Below are positions 1-9,870 of a stretch of 64,000 nt of DNA, piece by piece. Both the position numbers and the translations under genes were made by a program. Every line of letters starts with the position of its first letter. Within the stretch, counting starts at the first letter, position 1. Below the pieces are notes generated by a model. That model had not been told where the DNA came from and ran no database searches. It was given only the letters and a program-made list of their open reading frames with translations. The DNA comes from Methanobacteriota archaeon (GTDB taxonomy: Archaea > Thermoplasmatota > Poseidoniia > MGIII > CG-Epi1): the NCBI GenBank assembly GCA_029977605.1, contig JAPOKN010000002.1:6925-70924 (forward strand). The letters are read 5' to 3'.

Positions 1-1212
<1,212 letters not shown>

Positions 1213-1968
1213 TTAATCTCTATCTATTCTAGGCGCAAGTAAAAACTTAACATTACCTTGAGCACCAGTAACATCGTCAACTGCTAAATCTGCGTCAATC
1301 TTAACTGGGAGATCTGAACCTAACATTATGTGAAGTATGCGATCTGCTGGAAGCGAATTAACCATCAAAGAAAAATATTCTAATGAAAATAATGAAGTAC
1401 AATCTTCTGAGGAACTTAACTTTTCGAGCTGGTCGATTCCAAGTGATAAATCTACCCTGTTCTGATTATCACCTTCACATACTAACCTAAAGTTATCTTT
1501 TGAAGTTGAGAGGGCAATGTGATCAGAGACTGCTTTTGAAGCTTTGATTCCCTGCCCTATTTCACCGGAAGCCACACTCACTTTGGCAGGTAAATCGAGC
1601 GAAGGAACCTTTGGATCTGGCATGCCCGAAGTATCAAGTAAAGGCATAGCTCTCGTTAAATTACCAATGTTAACTACTAATCTATTTAGCTCATCATCCT
1701 TCTCAAGGATAACCATTTCATCTTTACCGGCCATAGTTAACACACTCTTAAACTTATCAATATCTAAGCCCATTTGAATATCTGAAACTTCAAAACTATC
1801 AAAAGCAGTTTTCATAAGGTTAGCTTCAATCATCGCTACATGAGAAGGATCTACAGCTTTCACTTGAAGACCGTCTTCACTAACATTTATTTTTGCTTCA
1901 TCGACTAATGATCCTACTGTTCCGATAAATTCTTTCAGGCTATCTGCTTTAATTCTGGCTTTAAACAC
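1213..1968 (-). CDS. pcn: DNA polymerase sliding clamp PCNA
   Basis: 251 aa. The N-terminus MFKARIKADSLKEFIGTVGSLVDEAKINVSEDGLQVKAVDPSHVAMIE follows the archaeal PCNA pattern, and the length fits. Its stop abuts the argF start with no spacer. Confidence 0.88.
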   Translation of the reverse strand: MFKARIKADSLKEFIGTVGSLVDEAKINVSEDGLQVKAVDPSHVAMIEANLMKTAFDSFEVSDIQMGLDIDKFKSVLTMAGKDEMVILEKDDELNRLVVNIGNLTRAMPLLDTSGMPDPKVPSLDLPAKVSVASGEIGQGIKASKAVSDHIALSTSKDNFRLVCEGDNQNRVDLSLGIDQLEKLSSSEDCTSLFSLEYFSLMVNSLPADRILHIMLGSDLPVKIDADLAVDDVTGAQGNVKFLLAPRIDRD

Positions 1969-2077
1969 TACTTACCTCTAGTGTCGATTGGTGACCGATA
2001 TTTAACTATTGTTTATGATTTTACTACTAGCATTAATCTAATATACTTGGTTCCGATGAATCATTAGTTTTACTCGT

Positions 2078-2082
2078 GGAGG
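2078..2082 (+). promoter_or_regulatory. Shine-Dalgarno-like GGAGG 6 nt upstream of the TTG start of psmB
   Basis: The sequence gtGGAGGagtttttTTGtca was read directly. The ORF track start at 2089 is TTG. Confidence 0.4.
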
Positions 2083-2088
2083 AGTTTT

Positions 2089-2715
2089 TTGTCAGAAAAA
2101 GATTTGAAAAAAGGTACAACAACCATAGGATTAGTTTGTAAGGACGGTATTGTGATGGCTACAGAGATGAGGGCTACAATGGGAAACCTGATTGGTCACA
2201 AAACAACAAAGAAGCTTTTCAGAATATCAGATAACATGGGATTAACCGTTGCTGGGTTAGTAGGAGATGCGCAAATGCTTGCAAGATGGCTTTCAGCTGA
2301 AGTCAAACTCTATGAACTTAAAAATGGTACACACATGTCTCTAAAAGCTGCATCAACTTTAATGGCTAACATAATGAATGGAAGAAGATATATGCCGTTT
2401 TGGGTTCAATTATTACTCGGAGGAATAGATTCTGAAGGTGGTCACGTTTACTCACTTGACGCAGCCGGAGGATCGATACCTGATAAGTTCCAGACAACTG
2501 GATCCGGATCACCTTTTGTATATGGTGTTTTAGAAGACAGATTTAAGGAAAATATGTCTGTCAAGGAAGGAAAAGAATTGGGAGTAAGAGCATTAACTGC
2601 AGCTATGAAAAGAGATTCAGCTTCGGGAGATGGCATCTCAATGTGTGTTATTGATTCAAAAGGATACCACAGCGTTTCTTTTGAAGAAATAGAAAAAATT
2701 CAAGCTAACTTGTAG
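2089..2715 (+). CDS. psmB: proteasome beta subunit (short propeptide, catalytic Thr)
   Basis: 208 aa. MSEKDLKKG|TTTIGLVCKDGIVMATE shows the G|T processing site and Ntn-hydrolase beta-subunit pattern. GSGS is present near the C-terminus. Confidence 0.9.
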   Translation: MSEKDLKKGTTTIGLVCKDGIVMATEMRATMGNLIGHKTTKKLFRISDNMGLTVAGLVGDAQMLARWLSAEVKLYELKNGTHMSLKAASTLMANIMNGRRYMPFWVQLLLGGIDSEGGHVYSLDAAGGSIPDKFQTTGSGSPFVYGVLEDRFKENMSVKEGKELGVRALTAAMKRDSASGDGISMCVIDSKGYHSVSFEEIEKIQANL

Positions 2716-2743
2716 ACGAAAGTCAACAATTAAGGAAGGTCAA

Positions 2744-4666
2744 ATGGCCGTAGAGGACGTAATTAAATTAGTAAAGAAAGTCGCAACCGAAGTTATTCCA
2801 GACACTATCACATTCACTGATGTGAAAGTGGAAGCTTCGAACGTAGTACTGTATACACCAAATCTGGAAATATTTTCCGACAATAATGATTTAATCCGGA
2901 AATTAGCCCAGAATGTAAGGAAAAGAATAGTAATCAAAGCTGATTCTAGTGTTAGAAAGCCAATTATAGCTGCTAAACAGAAACTTAAGGAAATATTGCC
3001 AGACGAAGCTGGAATTGTCGATACGAGGTTTGACGAAATAAATGGTGATGTAATTTTAGAAGCTACTAATCCTGGAAGAGCTATTGGAAAACACGGCGTT
3101 GTTTTGAACCAAATTAGAAGAGAAATCGGATGGAATCCAGTCATAATAAGATCATCACCAATGGAGTCACGAACTTTGAAAGACATAAGAAATTATATGT
3201 TAGAAGATAAAGTGGCTGAAGGGCGTAAGAAATTCTTAACAAGGGTTGGCAAAAAAATATTCAGAGATACAATTCCCGGTGAGCAACACGTAAGAGTTAC
3301 AGCTCTTGGAGGATATCGAGAAGTCGGAAGGTCGTGTCATCTTTTGATGACAAAAGACAGTAAAGTTTTGGTAGACTGTGGATTTAACCCTGGCAATGAG
3401 AAAGAACCAAGCCCATTTTTGAGTGCTCCAGAAGTAACTCCTTTGGAAGGAATAGATGCTGTAGTATTAACACATGCACATCTAGATCATTCAGCTCTTT
3501 TACCTATGCTTTTCGTTTATGGTTTCGATGGGCCCATTTACTGCACTCCACCAACAAGAGAATTATCTTCGTTACTACAAAATGATTTTATTAAAATTCA
3601 GAATTCTGAAGGTAAAAAAGTTCCCTACAATACCGAACAAATACGGCAAGCAATAAGAAACACCATACCTCTAAATTATGGAGACACTACTGACGTTTCA
3701 CCGGATTTGAAGTTAACTTTTCATAATTCAGGACATATATTAGGCTCTGCCGCAGCTCATTTTCACGTAGGTGACGGGCAATACAACCTTGTATTTTCAG
3801 GAGACATTAAATTTGAAAATACTTGGCTTTTCGACAGAGCAGTAAATCACTTTCCAAGACTTGAAGGGTTAATTATGGAATCCACATACGGAGGTTACAA
3901 CGATTTCCAACCGGCTAGAGAGGAAGGTTCTCGTACACTATATGAAATAATTAATAGAACCGTTGAGAAAAAAGGTAAAATTTTGATTCCGGTGTTTGCC
4001 GTAGGTAGGTCACAAGAAGTCATGCTTGTTTTGGAAAAGCTTCATTCAGAAGGGAAATTGAAAGATATGCCCGTTTATCTTGACGGAATGATATGGGAAG
4101 CTACTGCCCTACACTCGGCCTATCCAGAATACTTGAATAATAATCTAAGAAATAAAGTTTACCAAAATCAAGACAACCCTTTTAGATCTGAAATTTTTAA
4201 TAAAGTAGAAAGCACCGAAATGAGACAAGAAATATGCGGCAGAGAAGAACCTGCTATTGTATTGGCAACATCTGGCATGGTTAACGGGGGACCTGTAATG
4301 GAATATCTGAGGCATTGGGCACCAGATTTCAATAGCACAATGGTGTTTGTTGGATATCAAGCAGCAGGAACAATGGGTCAAAGAGTGCAGCAAGGTGCAA
4401 AAGAAATACACTTACATGACCGTGAGAAGGGAGGCACTATTCCAGTCAAAGTTAATATGAACATAGAAACTTGTGAAGGATTCTCCGGACACAGCGATAA
4501 GAGACAATTAATGAGATATTTAAGAACAATTCGACCAAGGCCTAAAATTGTTCTATTAAACCACGGAGATCCTCAAAAATGTGAGCAATTTGCCAATGAT
4601 ATTAGAAGAAAGGTAAGGCTTGATGCTAGAGTTCCTAGCAACTTAGAAACTATAAGGTTCATGTAA
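2744..4666 (+). CDS. aCPSF1-type KH-domain / metallo-beta-lactamase / beta-CASP ribonuclease (archaeal termination/cleavage factor family)
   Basis: 640 aa. N-terminal KH-like region (GRAIGKHG), then the metallo-beta-lactamase motif THAHLDHS, then beta-CASP C-terminal motifs (GFSGHSD, LNHGD). Placement next to a proteasome subunit gene is a common archaeal arrangement. Confidence 0.9.
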   Translation: MAVEDVIKLVKKVATEVIPDTITFTDVKVEASNVVLYTPNLEIFSDNNDLIRKLAQNVRKRIVIKADSSVRKPIIAAKQKLKEILPDEAGIVDTRFDEINGDVILEATNPGRAIGKHGVVLNQIRREIGWNPVIIRSSPMESRTLKDIRNYMLEDKVAEGRKKFLTRVGKKIFRDTIPGEQHVRVTALGGYREVGRSCHLLMTKDSKVLVDCGFNPGNEKEPSPFLSAPEVTPLEGIDAVVLTHAHLDHSALLPMLFVYGFDGPIYCTPPTRELSSLLQNDFIKIQNSEGKKVPYNTEQIRQAIRNTIPLNYGDTTDVSPDLKLTFHNSGHILGSAAAHFHVGDGQYNLVFSGDIKFENTWLFDRAVNHFPRLEGLIMESTYGGYNDFQPAREEGSRTLYEIINRTVEKKGKILIPVFAVGRSQEVMLVLEKLHSEGKLKDMPVYLDGMIWEATALHSAYPEYLNNNLRNKVYQNQDNPFRSEIFNKVESTEMRQEICGREEPAIVLATSGMVNGGPVMEYLRHWAPDFNSTMVFVGYQAAGTMGQRVQQGAKEIHLHDREKGGTIPVKVNMNIETCEGFSGHSDKRQLMRYLRTIRPRPKIVLLNHGDPQKCEQFANDIRRKVRLDARVPSNLETIRFM

Positions 4667-4668
4667 AT

Positions 4669-4893
4669 ATGAAAAGTGTCGAGGATAAGATCATTGAAGT
4701 TCTAAATGAATTAGAGAAATGGGAAAATCGTAGAGAAAAAGTAAAAGTACGTTTTGATAGAGGCGATGCCGACAAAACTGAAATAGAAAGAATAAATGAA
4801 CAAATCTCACACTATAAGAATCTTTTAAGCGATATGAAAAAGAAAATGAATAGTACAGACATCTCAAGAACTATAGCTAGAAGTAGTAACTAA
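4669..4893 (+). CDS. hypothetical small coiled-coil protein
   Basis: 74-aa E/K-rich helical ORF. It starts 2 nt after the aCPSF1 stop and has no recognisable motif. Confidence 0.4.
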   Translation: MKSVEDKIIEVLNELEKWENRREKVKVRFDRGDADKTEIERINEQISHYKNLLSDMKKKMNSTDISRTIARSSN

Positions 4894-4927
4894 TAATTAA
4901 TATCCTACCTTTACTGGATAATTATTA

Positions 4928-5004
4928 GGTGAGGTGGCAGAGCCCGGCTATGCACGCGACTGCAGATCGCGACCACGGGAGTTCGAATCTCTCCCTCACC
5001 ACCA
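4928..5004 (+). tRNA. tRNA-Cys (anticodon GCA) with genomically encoded CCA
   Basis: Hand-folded cloverleaf. Acceptor GGTGAGG/CCTCACC; anticodon stem CGCGA/TCGCG with loop CTGCAGA (GCA at positions 34-36); variable loop ACCAC; T-arm GGGAG-TTCGAAT-CTCTC; discriminator A; then CCA at 5002-5004. It is GC-rich against an AT-rich background. Confidence 0.85.
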
Positions 5005-6684
5005 CTACATTCTATCTGGGGCTTCAATTCCCAGAATATCTAATGCATCAAATAAAATTCTTTTAGAAGTGTTTACTAAATTAATTCTAAGAGCTTCATT
5101 AGTATCTCCAATTACCTTACAATCTCGATAAAAATTATTAAATTTAGAAGACAATTGGTGAACATAATTTGGGATTATATGAATTGCAAACTTATCTACT
5201 GCCGATTCAACAGTTTTTGGCCACCTAGCCATTGTTCTAATAAGTTCTATTTCAGACTCAACTAAATCGCTTTCAAGTTTGAAATCAGGAATACTCTCTC
5301 CATATTTACGTAAAATTGAGGACATCCTCGCATGAGAATACATTGCAAAAGGTGCTGAGTCTCCCTGTATACTTAATGCATCATCTATACTAAATGTGAA
5401 GCCTTTCTCAGGTTGAACTTTAAGCACATTGTACCTCAATGAACCGATTCCTATTTTCTCTGAAAGTAAGCGTTTTTGATTATCAGACATATCTACTTCT
5501 TTTAGCCTTTCAAGAGAAGCCCCAACAATTTGGTCCATCATATCATCTAAGTATACAACGCGCCCAGCTCTGGTCGACATCTTTCCTCCTGGAAGGTTAA
5601 CAAATGAATAAAATAAATTGTCAGGCTTATTAGAATCCAATTCTTCAAGTGCTATATTCAATAAATTACTTTGGAGTTTATGATCTTCACCCAAAATGTT
5701 GAGTGCTTTATTGAATCTAGTAAATTTATTGAGATGATAGGCTATATCTCTAGTAGTGTACAAGCTTAAACCATTATTACGTGTAAAGAAAAACTTTTGA
5801 TTCCTGCCTGCAATGTTCTTGCCTTCTAAATTAAGGTAAAAAGCACCTTTTTCTTCAGCACATATGTTACTCTTTTTTAGAGATTTAATCACTACATTAA
5901 CGCTACCATCAAGAATTAAATCTGATTCATGGAAATACGAATCTGCCTCAGCGTTTAATCTCTTAAGTGATGATTTCATACCAGAAAGCATCATTTCTGC
6001 AGCCTCTTTAACTTCCATTAATGCTTCTTTATCTCCGCTTTCGATAAGCTCCATTTTCTTATAAATTTTAGACTTAATGTTTTCATCGCTCTTTAAGGCT
6101 TCAGAGGCCTGCCTATAACATTCGACTAATCTGTGATCTTGTTTATTAGAATCCCCTCCCTTAAAATTTTTAATTCCATAAGCAACTGTAGCGGCTTGCC
6201 TACCTGTATCGTTTACATAATATTCTGTTGAAACTTTATATCCATAATATTTAAGAAGTCTAGAAACACTATCTCCAATAATTGGATTTCGTGCCCTACC
6301 CATATGGAAAGGACCTGTTGCATTAGCTGAAGTGTGCTCTAATAAAATAGAATTTGCCTTTGAGACTCCTCTTCCATATTCACTAAGATTAATATCGGCA
6401 AATATATCTTCCGATAAAAGTTCCCAATCTAGAACTATATTACAGAAAGCCTTAACCACAAAAGTTTCTTTAATTAATTCAATATCATATATCATCTCTG
6501 AAACATTTTTTGCAACTTCTTGAGGACTTTTCTTTAAAGCTTGAGCCCCAGGAAAGCAAATTATGGAGATATCGCCTTGAATAGGATTCTCATCTATGGG
6601 AAGTATAGGGTAATTATTCTCCTTAAATATTTTATTTATGTCTGAAATTACTGAAAATTTAGCTTCCTCTAAATTTCTGCTCAC
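5005..6684 (-). CDS. argS: arginyl-tRNA synthetase
   Basis: 559 aa. Class I HIGH-type motif (SANATGPFHMGRARN), the ArgRS layout, and a C-terminal anticodon-binding (DALR-like) region. Confidence 0.9.
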   Translation of the reverse strand: MSRNLEEAKFSVISDINKIFKENNYPILPIDENPIQGDISIICFPGAQALKKSPQEVAKNVSEMIYDIELIKETFVVKAFCNIVLDWELLSEDIFADINLSEYGRGVSKANSILLEHTSANATGPFHMGRARNPIIGDSVSRLLKYYGYKVSTEYYVNDTGRQAATVAYGIKNFKGGDSNKQDHRLVECYRQASEALKSDENIKSKIYKKMELIESGDKEALMEVKEAAEMMLSGMKSSLKRLNAEADSYFHESDLILDGSVNVVIKSLKKSNICAEEKGAFYLNLEGKNIAGRNQKFFFTRNNGLSLYTTRDIAYHLNKFTRFNKALNILGEDHKLQSNLLNIALEELDSNKPDNLFYSFVNLPGGKMSTRAGRVVYLDDMMDQIVGASLERLKEVDMSDNQKRLLSEKIGIGSLRYNVLKVQPEKGFTFSIDDALSIQGDSAPFAMYSHARMSSILRKYGESIPDFKLESDLVESEIELIRTMARWPKTVESAVDKFAIHIIPNYVHQLSSKFNNFYRDCKVIGDTNEALRINLVNTSKRILFDALDILGIEAPDRM

Positions 6685-6714
6685 GATTATGTGTAAATAT
6701 ATGTTGTTTTAAAC

Positions 6715-7473
6715 TTATCCAATATATCTTGGAATTGAATTGTTAGTATCTGATGGCACTTGTTCAGTCACTTTCTGTAACTCTTTTTCAAGAGAAGCTG
6801 CTTCCTCAAGGAGGGGCTTTGGATCTAAGTCAATCTCTAATAATAATTTATCTATTGCCTCAATAATCTTGGAAGCTGCAAGAGCATCTGGAATATCTTC
6901 TTCAACTTCAGCAAGAAGACCCAAAACGTTTACCGAGCGTAATCTGCCCTGATTCAACATAACTCCAGTGAAACCACCAATCGTTCCAAATTCAAAAGGA
7001 GTTACTTTAGCATTACTTATCCAATCTTTTGAAGCTTCCGTAGAACTTACTCCGTAAACAATACTTTCCTTATTCTCAACTTTCTGGGGAATTGAAAATC
7101 CTTCGCCAATTATAAAGCTCGTACATCCTTTTTCTTTGGCCCAATCAAATATACAGTCAACCAATTCTTTTGTTGCAGAAACAGGTGGAACAAAATCGCT
7201 GACACATATGACTATTTGGTTACATTTCCCATTGTTGCAAATCTGCTCACCAGCGTAAAGCCTCATAGGATGATTAGGAATGCCCTCTTTAACTACAGAT
7301 ATCGAAGGGAATGCTGCACCATCTATAATTCCTACTTGCTCTAGCTTAAGATTATTAACCAAAAAGTTTGCTACTATATTACCAACTAAGCCAACACCAG
7401 GTAAACCACAAATAAATGTAGAGCCCTTGAAATTTTTCCCAGATGTTTGGTGTATTATTATATCGCTACTCAT
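6715..7473 (-). CDS. PAC2-family protein (proteasome assembly chaperone-like, COG1938-type)
   Basis: 252 aa. The N-terminal FICGLPGVGLVGNIVANFLV pattern is typical of archaeal PAC2/PbaA-B-like proteins. Confidence 0.65.
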   Translation of the reverse strand: MSSDIIIHQTSGKNFKGSTFICGLPGVGLVGNIVANFLVNNLKLEQVGIIDGAAFPSISVVKEGIPNHPMRLYAGEQICNNGKCNQIVICVSDFVPPVSATKELVDCIFDWAKEKGCTSFIIGEGFSIPQKVENKESIVYGVSSTEASKDWISNAKVTPFEFGTIGGFTGVMLNQGRLRSVNVLGLLAEVEEDIPDALAASKIIEAIDKLLLEIDLDPKPLLEEAASLEKELQKVTEQVPSDTNNSIPRYIG

Positions 7474-7814
7474 AGAAGTTCATCTAAATCTGCATCTTCT
7501 TCAAGATCAGGTAAATCAGAATCATCATCTAACAAGTCGCCCAAGTCATCGTCGATTTCCTCTTCATCATCAGAATCATTAAAATCTTCTTTTAATGAGC
7601 CTCCACCAACAACTTTCAACCTTGTCCAAAGTGAAAATTCAGTAATATCGCTGCGACTTGCAAATCTTTTCGCATCACTTACTGTTCTAAATTTTCCAAG
7701 AACGGGGTCACCTTCACCTGGCTCTGCAGGTAACATTACGTATCTCTCTTTATTTACGATGTCGCCAACAAGAAGACGGACTGCTTTGAGAACTTCGGGA
7801 TTCGATTCAGACAT
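7470..7814 (-). CDS. hypothetical protein with extremely acidic C-terminal tail
   Basis: 114 aa. A ~75-aa globular N-terminal part is followed by DSDDEEEIDDDLGDLLDDDSDLPDLEEDADLDELL. Its 3' end overlaps the downstream PAC2-like gene by 4 nt. Confidence 0.5.
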   Translation of the reverse strand: MSESNPEVLKAVRLLVGDIVNKERYVMLPAEPGEGDPVLGKFRTVSDAKRFASRSDITEFSLWTRLKVVGGGSLKEDFNDSDDEEEIDDDLGDLLDDDSDLPDLEEDADLDELL

Positions 7815-7890
7815 ATTAACTCTAACATACCTATCTAACCACGTTTAAATACTTTTTTGGTAGCCTATGAGAAACCAAAGCAGTTAATTA

Positions 7891-8934
7891 ATGGCTTGTT
7901 TCGGTATAAATATGTCTGAACGTAAGTCACTTGTAATGAGAGGAGTTTCAGAATGTGTTACCGAAGATGAATTAGATAATTTGCTTGCAAATAAAGAAAC
8001 TCCAAGAGCTTACGTCGGATTTGAGCCCTCAGGATTATTGCATGCTGGGTCTCTAGTTCCCATGCTAAAATGTAAAGAACTTGTTGATGCTGGTTTTGAA
8101 GTCACAATACTTTTAGCTGATTGGCACGGATACATTAATGATAAACTCGGAGGTAGTTGGGATAACTTGAATGCAGGTGTAGAGTATCAAAGACAAATGT
8201 TTTCCATATTTTGCCCAGGGGTTAAGTTCAAAACTGCAAGTGAAGTCGTTAACCAAGATGGTTACTGGGAAATGGTTCTTCGTGTTTCTAAAGTAAGTAG
8301 CTTGAAAAGAATGCGTAGAGCGCTATCGATAATGGGAAGAGACGAAAAAGAAGGTGATAAAGACATGTCTAAATTTTTCTATCCAGCTATGCAAGCTACT
8401 GACATCTACGCTTTAGATGCGGATTTGGCACTTGGAGGGATGGATCAAAGACACGCACACATGTTGGCAAGAGATGCTGCTGATAAATTGAAACTGCGAA
8501 AACCTGTTGCACTCCATACACCACTTCTTGGTTCGCTATCTGGACCTGGTAGAATGGATACCGATGTTAAAATGTCTAAATCAGACCCAACAGGAACCTT
8601 GTTAATTCACGATAATAAGAAAAAGCTAACTAAGAAATTGTCTAAGGCATACTGCCCCCCTGAAAGAAAAGGAAATCCAGTTCTAGATCTCTGGCAACAT
8701 TTACTAGAACCAGCACTTGGTAACATAGTAATTGAAAGGCCTGAAAAGTTTGGAGGAAATTTAAGTTTTGAATCATATGAAAAATTAGAGTTGGCTTATA
8801 CATCCGGCTCATTGCACCCTCTCGATTTAAAAAATGGAACTGCAGCAGCTCTTTTCCAACTGGTAAAGCCATTGCAGGATTCCTGTGCAGCAGAACCTGA
8901 AAACTACGAAAACTTACTATCTGCAATTCAATAA
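7891..8934 (+). CDS. tyrS: tyrosyl-tRNA synthetase (archaeal type)
   Basis: It aligns by eye along its length with M. jannaschii TyrRS: YVGFEPSG..H.G, ILLADWHGYIN, GGMDQRHAHMLARD, KMSKS, KAYCP, ERPEKFGGNL, LHPLDLKN. The true start may be the ATG at 7912 (MSERK...). Confidence 0.9.
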   Translation: MACFGINMSERKSLVMRGVSECVTEDELDNLLANKETPRAYVGFEPSGLLHAGSLVPMLKCKELVDAGFEVTILLADWHGYINDKLGGSWDNLNAGVEYQRQMFSIFCPGVKFKTASEVVNQDGYWEMVLRVSKVSSLKRMRRALSIMGRDEKEGDKDMSKFFYPAMQATDIYALDADLALGGMDQRHAHMLARDAADKLKLRKPVALHTPLLGSLSGPGRMDTDVKMSKSDPTGTLLIHDNKKKLTKKLSKAYCPPERKGNPVLDLWQHLLEPALGNIVIERPEKFGGNLSFESYEKLELAYTSGSLHPLDLKNGTAAALFQLVKPLQDSCAAEPENYENLLSAIQ

Positions 8935-9291
8935 TTTAGGAGGCACTTTACTTGAAATTCCTGAAATATCTAAAGCATTTGGGACTGACAAAATCATTTC
9001 AGCAATCCATTCCCTAAGTTCTATTAAATTAATTTTTCTGTAATCTTCTGGAAATGTATGCAATAACTCAGGTAACTGCCTCATTAATCTTTGAGCTGCA
9101 CCCAAATTTCCAGTTTCAATGTGCACAGCGAGAGCATCTACTTGAGCTAATGTTTGAACTATATCTTTCTCGTCACGATTATCTAATTCAAGCCAAATAT
9201 CTTCGAATATTTCATGAGCTTCATGATAATTTTCCCTATTATGTTCTTTTATCGCCCTTTCCCAAAGTTTGTTTATTAATTCAGACATCAA
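8917..9291 (-). CDS. DUF309-like helical protein
   Basis: 124 aa with the YHEAHEIFEDIW motif characteristic of DUF309. Its 3' end overlaps tyrS convergently by 18 nt. Confidence 0.55.
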   Translation of the reverse strand: MMSELINKLWERAIKEHNRENYHEAHEIFEDIWLELDNRDEKDIVQTLAQVDALAVHIETGNLGAAQRLMRQLPELLHTFPEDYRKINLIELREWIAEMILSVPNALDISGISSKVPPKLLNCR

Positions 9292-9870
9292 TTAATGCCA
9301 GCGATGATATGCAGGATGGCCTTCTTTTACTGCAACAAATAAGCCCCGACCTGTAGCACATGTCTTACCGTCTGCTTTCAACTCAATTATAACTTCGGCC
9401 CGGTCCTCCTGTAAAGCTAAAACTCTACTGTTTAGTTTTAACTTTATTCCTAGAGGTGTTGGCCTCTTTAACTTAATTTCATACTGAGCCGTTACAGTGC
9501 ATTGTGGTTTTTCCCAATTATTCTTATCCATTATTGCAATTGCTGCGGTCCAGTTTCCATGACAGTCAATCAGCGAACCTATAATGCCACCATTAATCAC
9601 TCCTGGAAAAGCTTGATGTTTTTCCTCACACTCAAACTCTGCAATAAGGCCGCCTTTAGAACGATAAGACTTGATCTGTAAACCGTCTTTGTTCGAAGGA
9701 CCGCAGCCGAAACATATAGAATTAGGTGCAAATTCGTCTTGAACTGGAAGTCCGCTCAAAATTGAATTTTTATTATCTGTCTTGATTTGTATATCTGCCT
9801 TATTTGATGGACTGCAATTAGAACAGCTGTGATCTGAGGAAAAAGAATCTTCAACAGTATGATCGCTCAT
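9292..9870 (-). CDS. hotdog-fold (PaaI-like) thioesterase with Cys-rich N-terminal extension
   Basis: 192 aa. CFGCGPSNKDGLQIK and GVINGGIIGSLIDCHGNW are typical of PaaI/4HBT-type thioesterases. Confidence 0.6.
   Translation of the reverse strand: MSDHTVEDSFSSDHSCSNCSPSNKADIQIKTDNKNSILSGLPVQDEFAPNSICFGCGPSNKDGLQIKSYRSKGGLIAEFECEEKHQAFPGVINGGIIGSLIDCHGNWTAAIAIMDKNNWEKPQCTVTAQYEIKLKRPTPLGIKLKLNSRVLALQEDRAEVIIELKADGKTCATGRGLFVAVKEGHPAYHRWH

Noticed and set aside
4934-5131. 65-aa plus-strand ORF
   Set aside because: It overlaps the well-folded tRNA-Cys and the 3' end of argS, so it is not credible as coding.
7447-7848. 133-aa Ser-rich ORF on the plus strand
   Set aside because: It is the antisense shadow of the D/E-rich tail gene (7470-7814). 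Its low-complexity poly-Ser composition is what GA[TC]/GA[AG] codons produce on the opposite strand.
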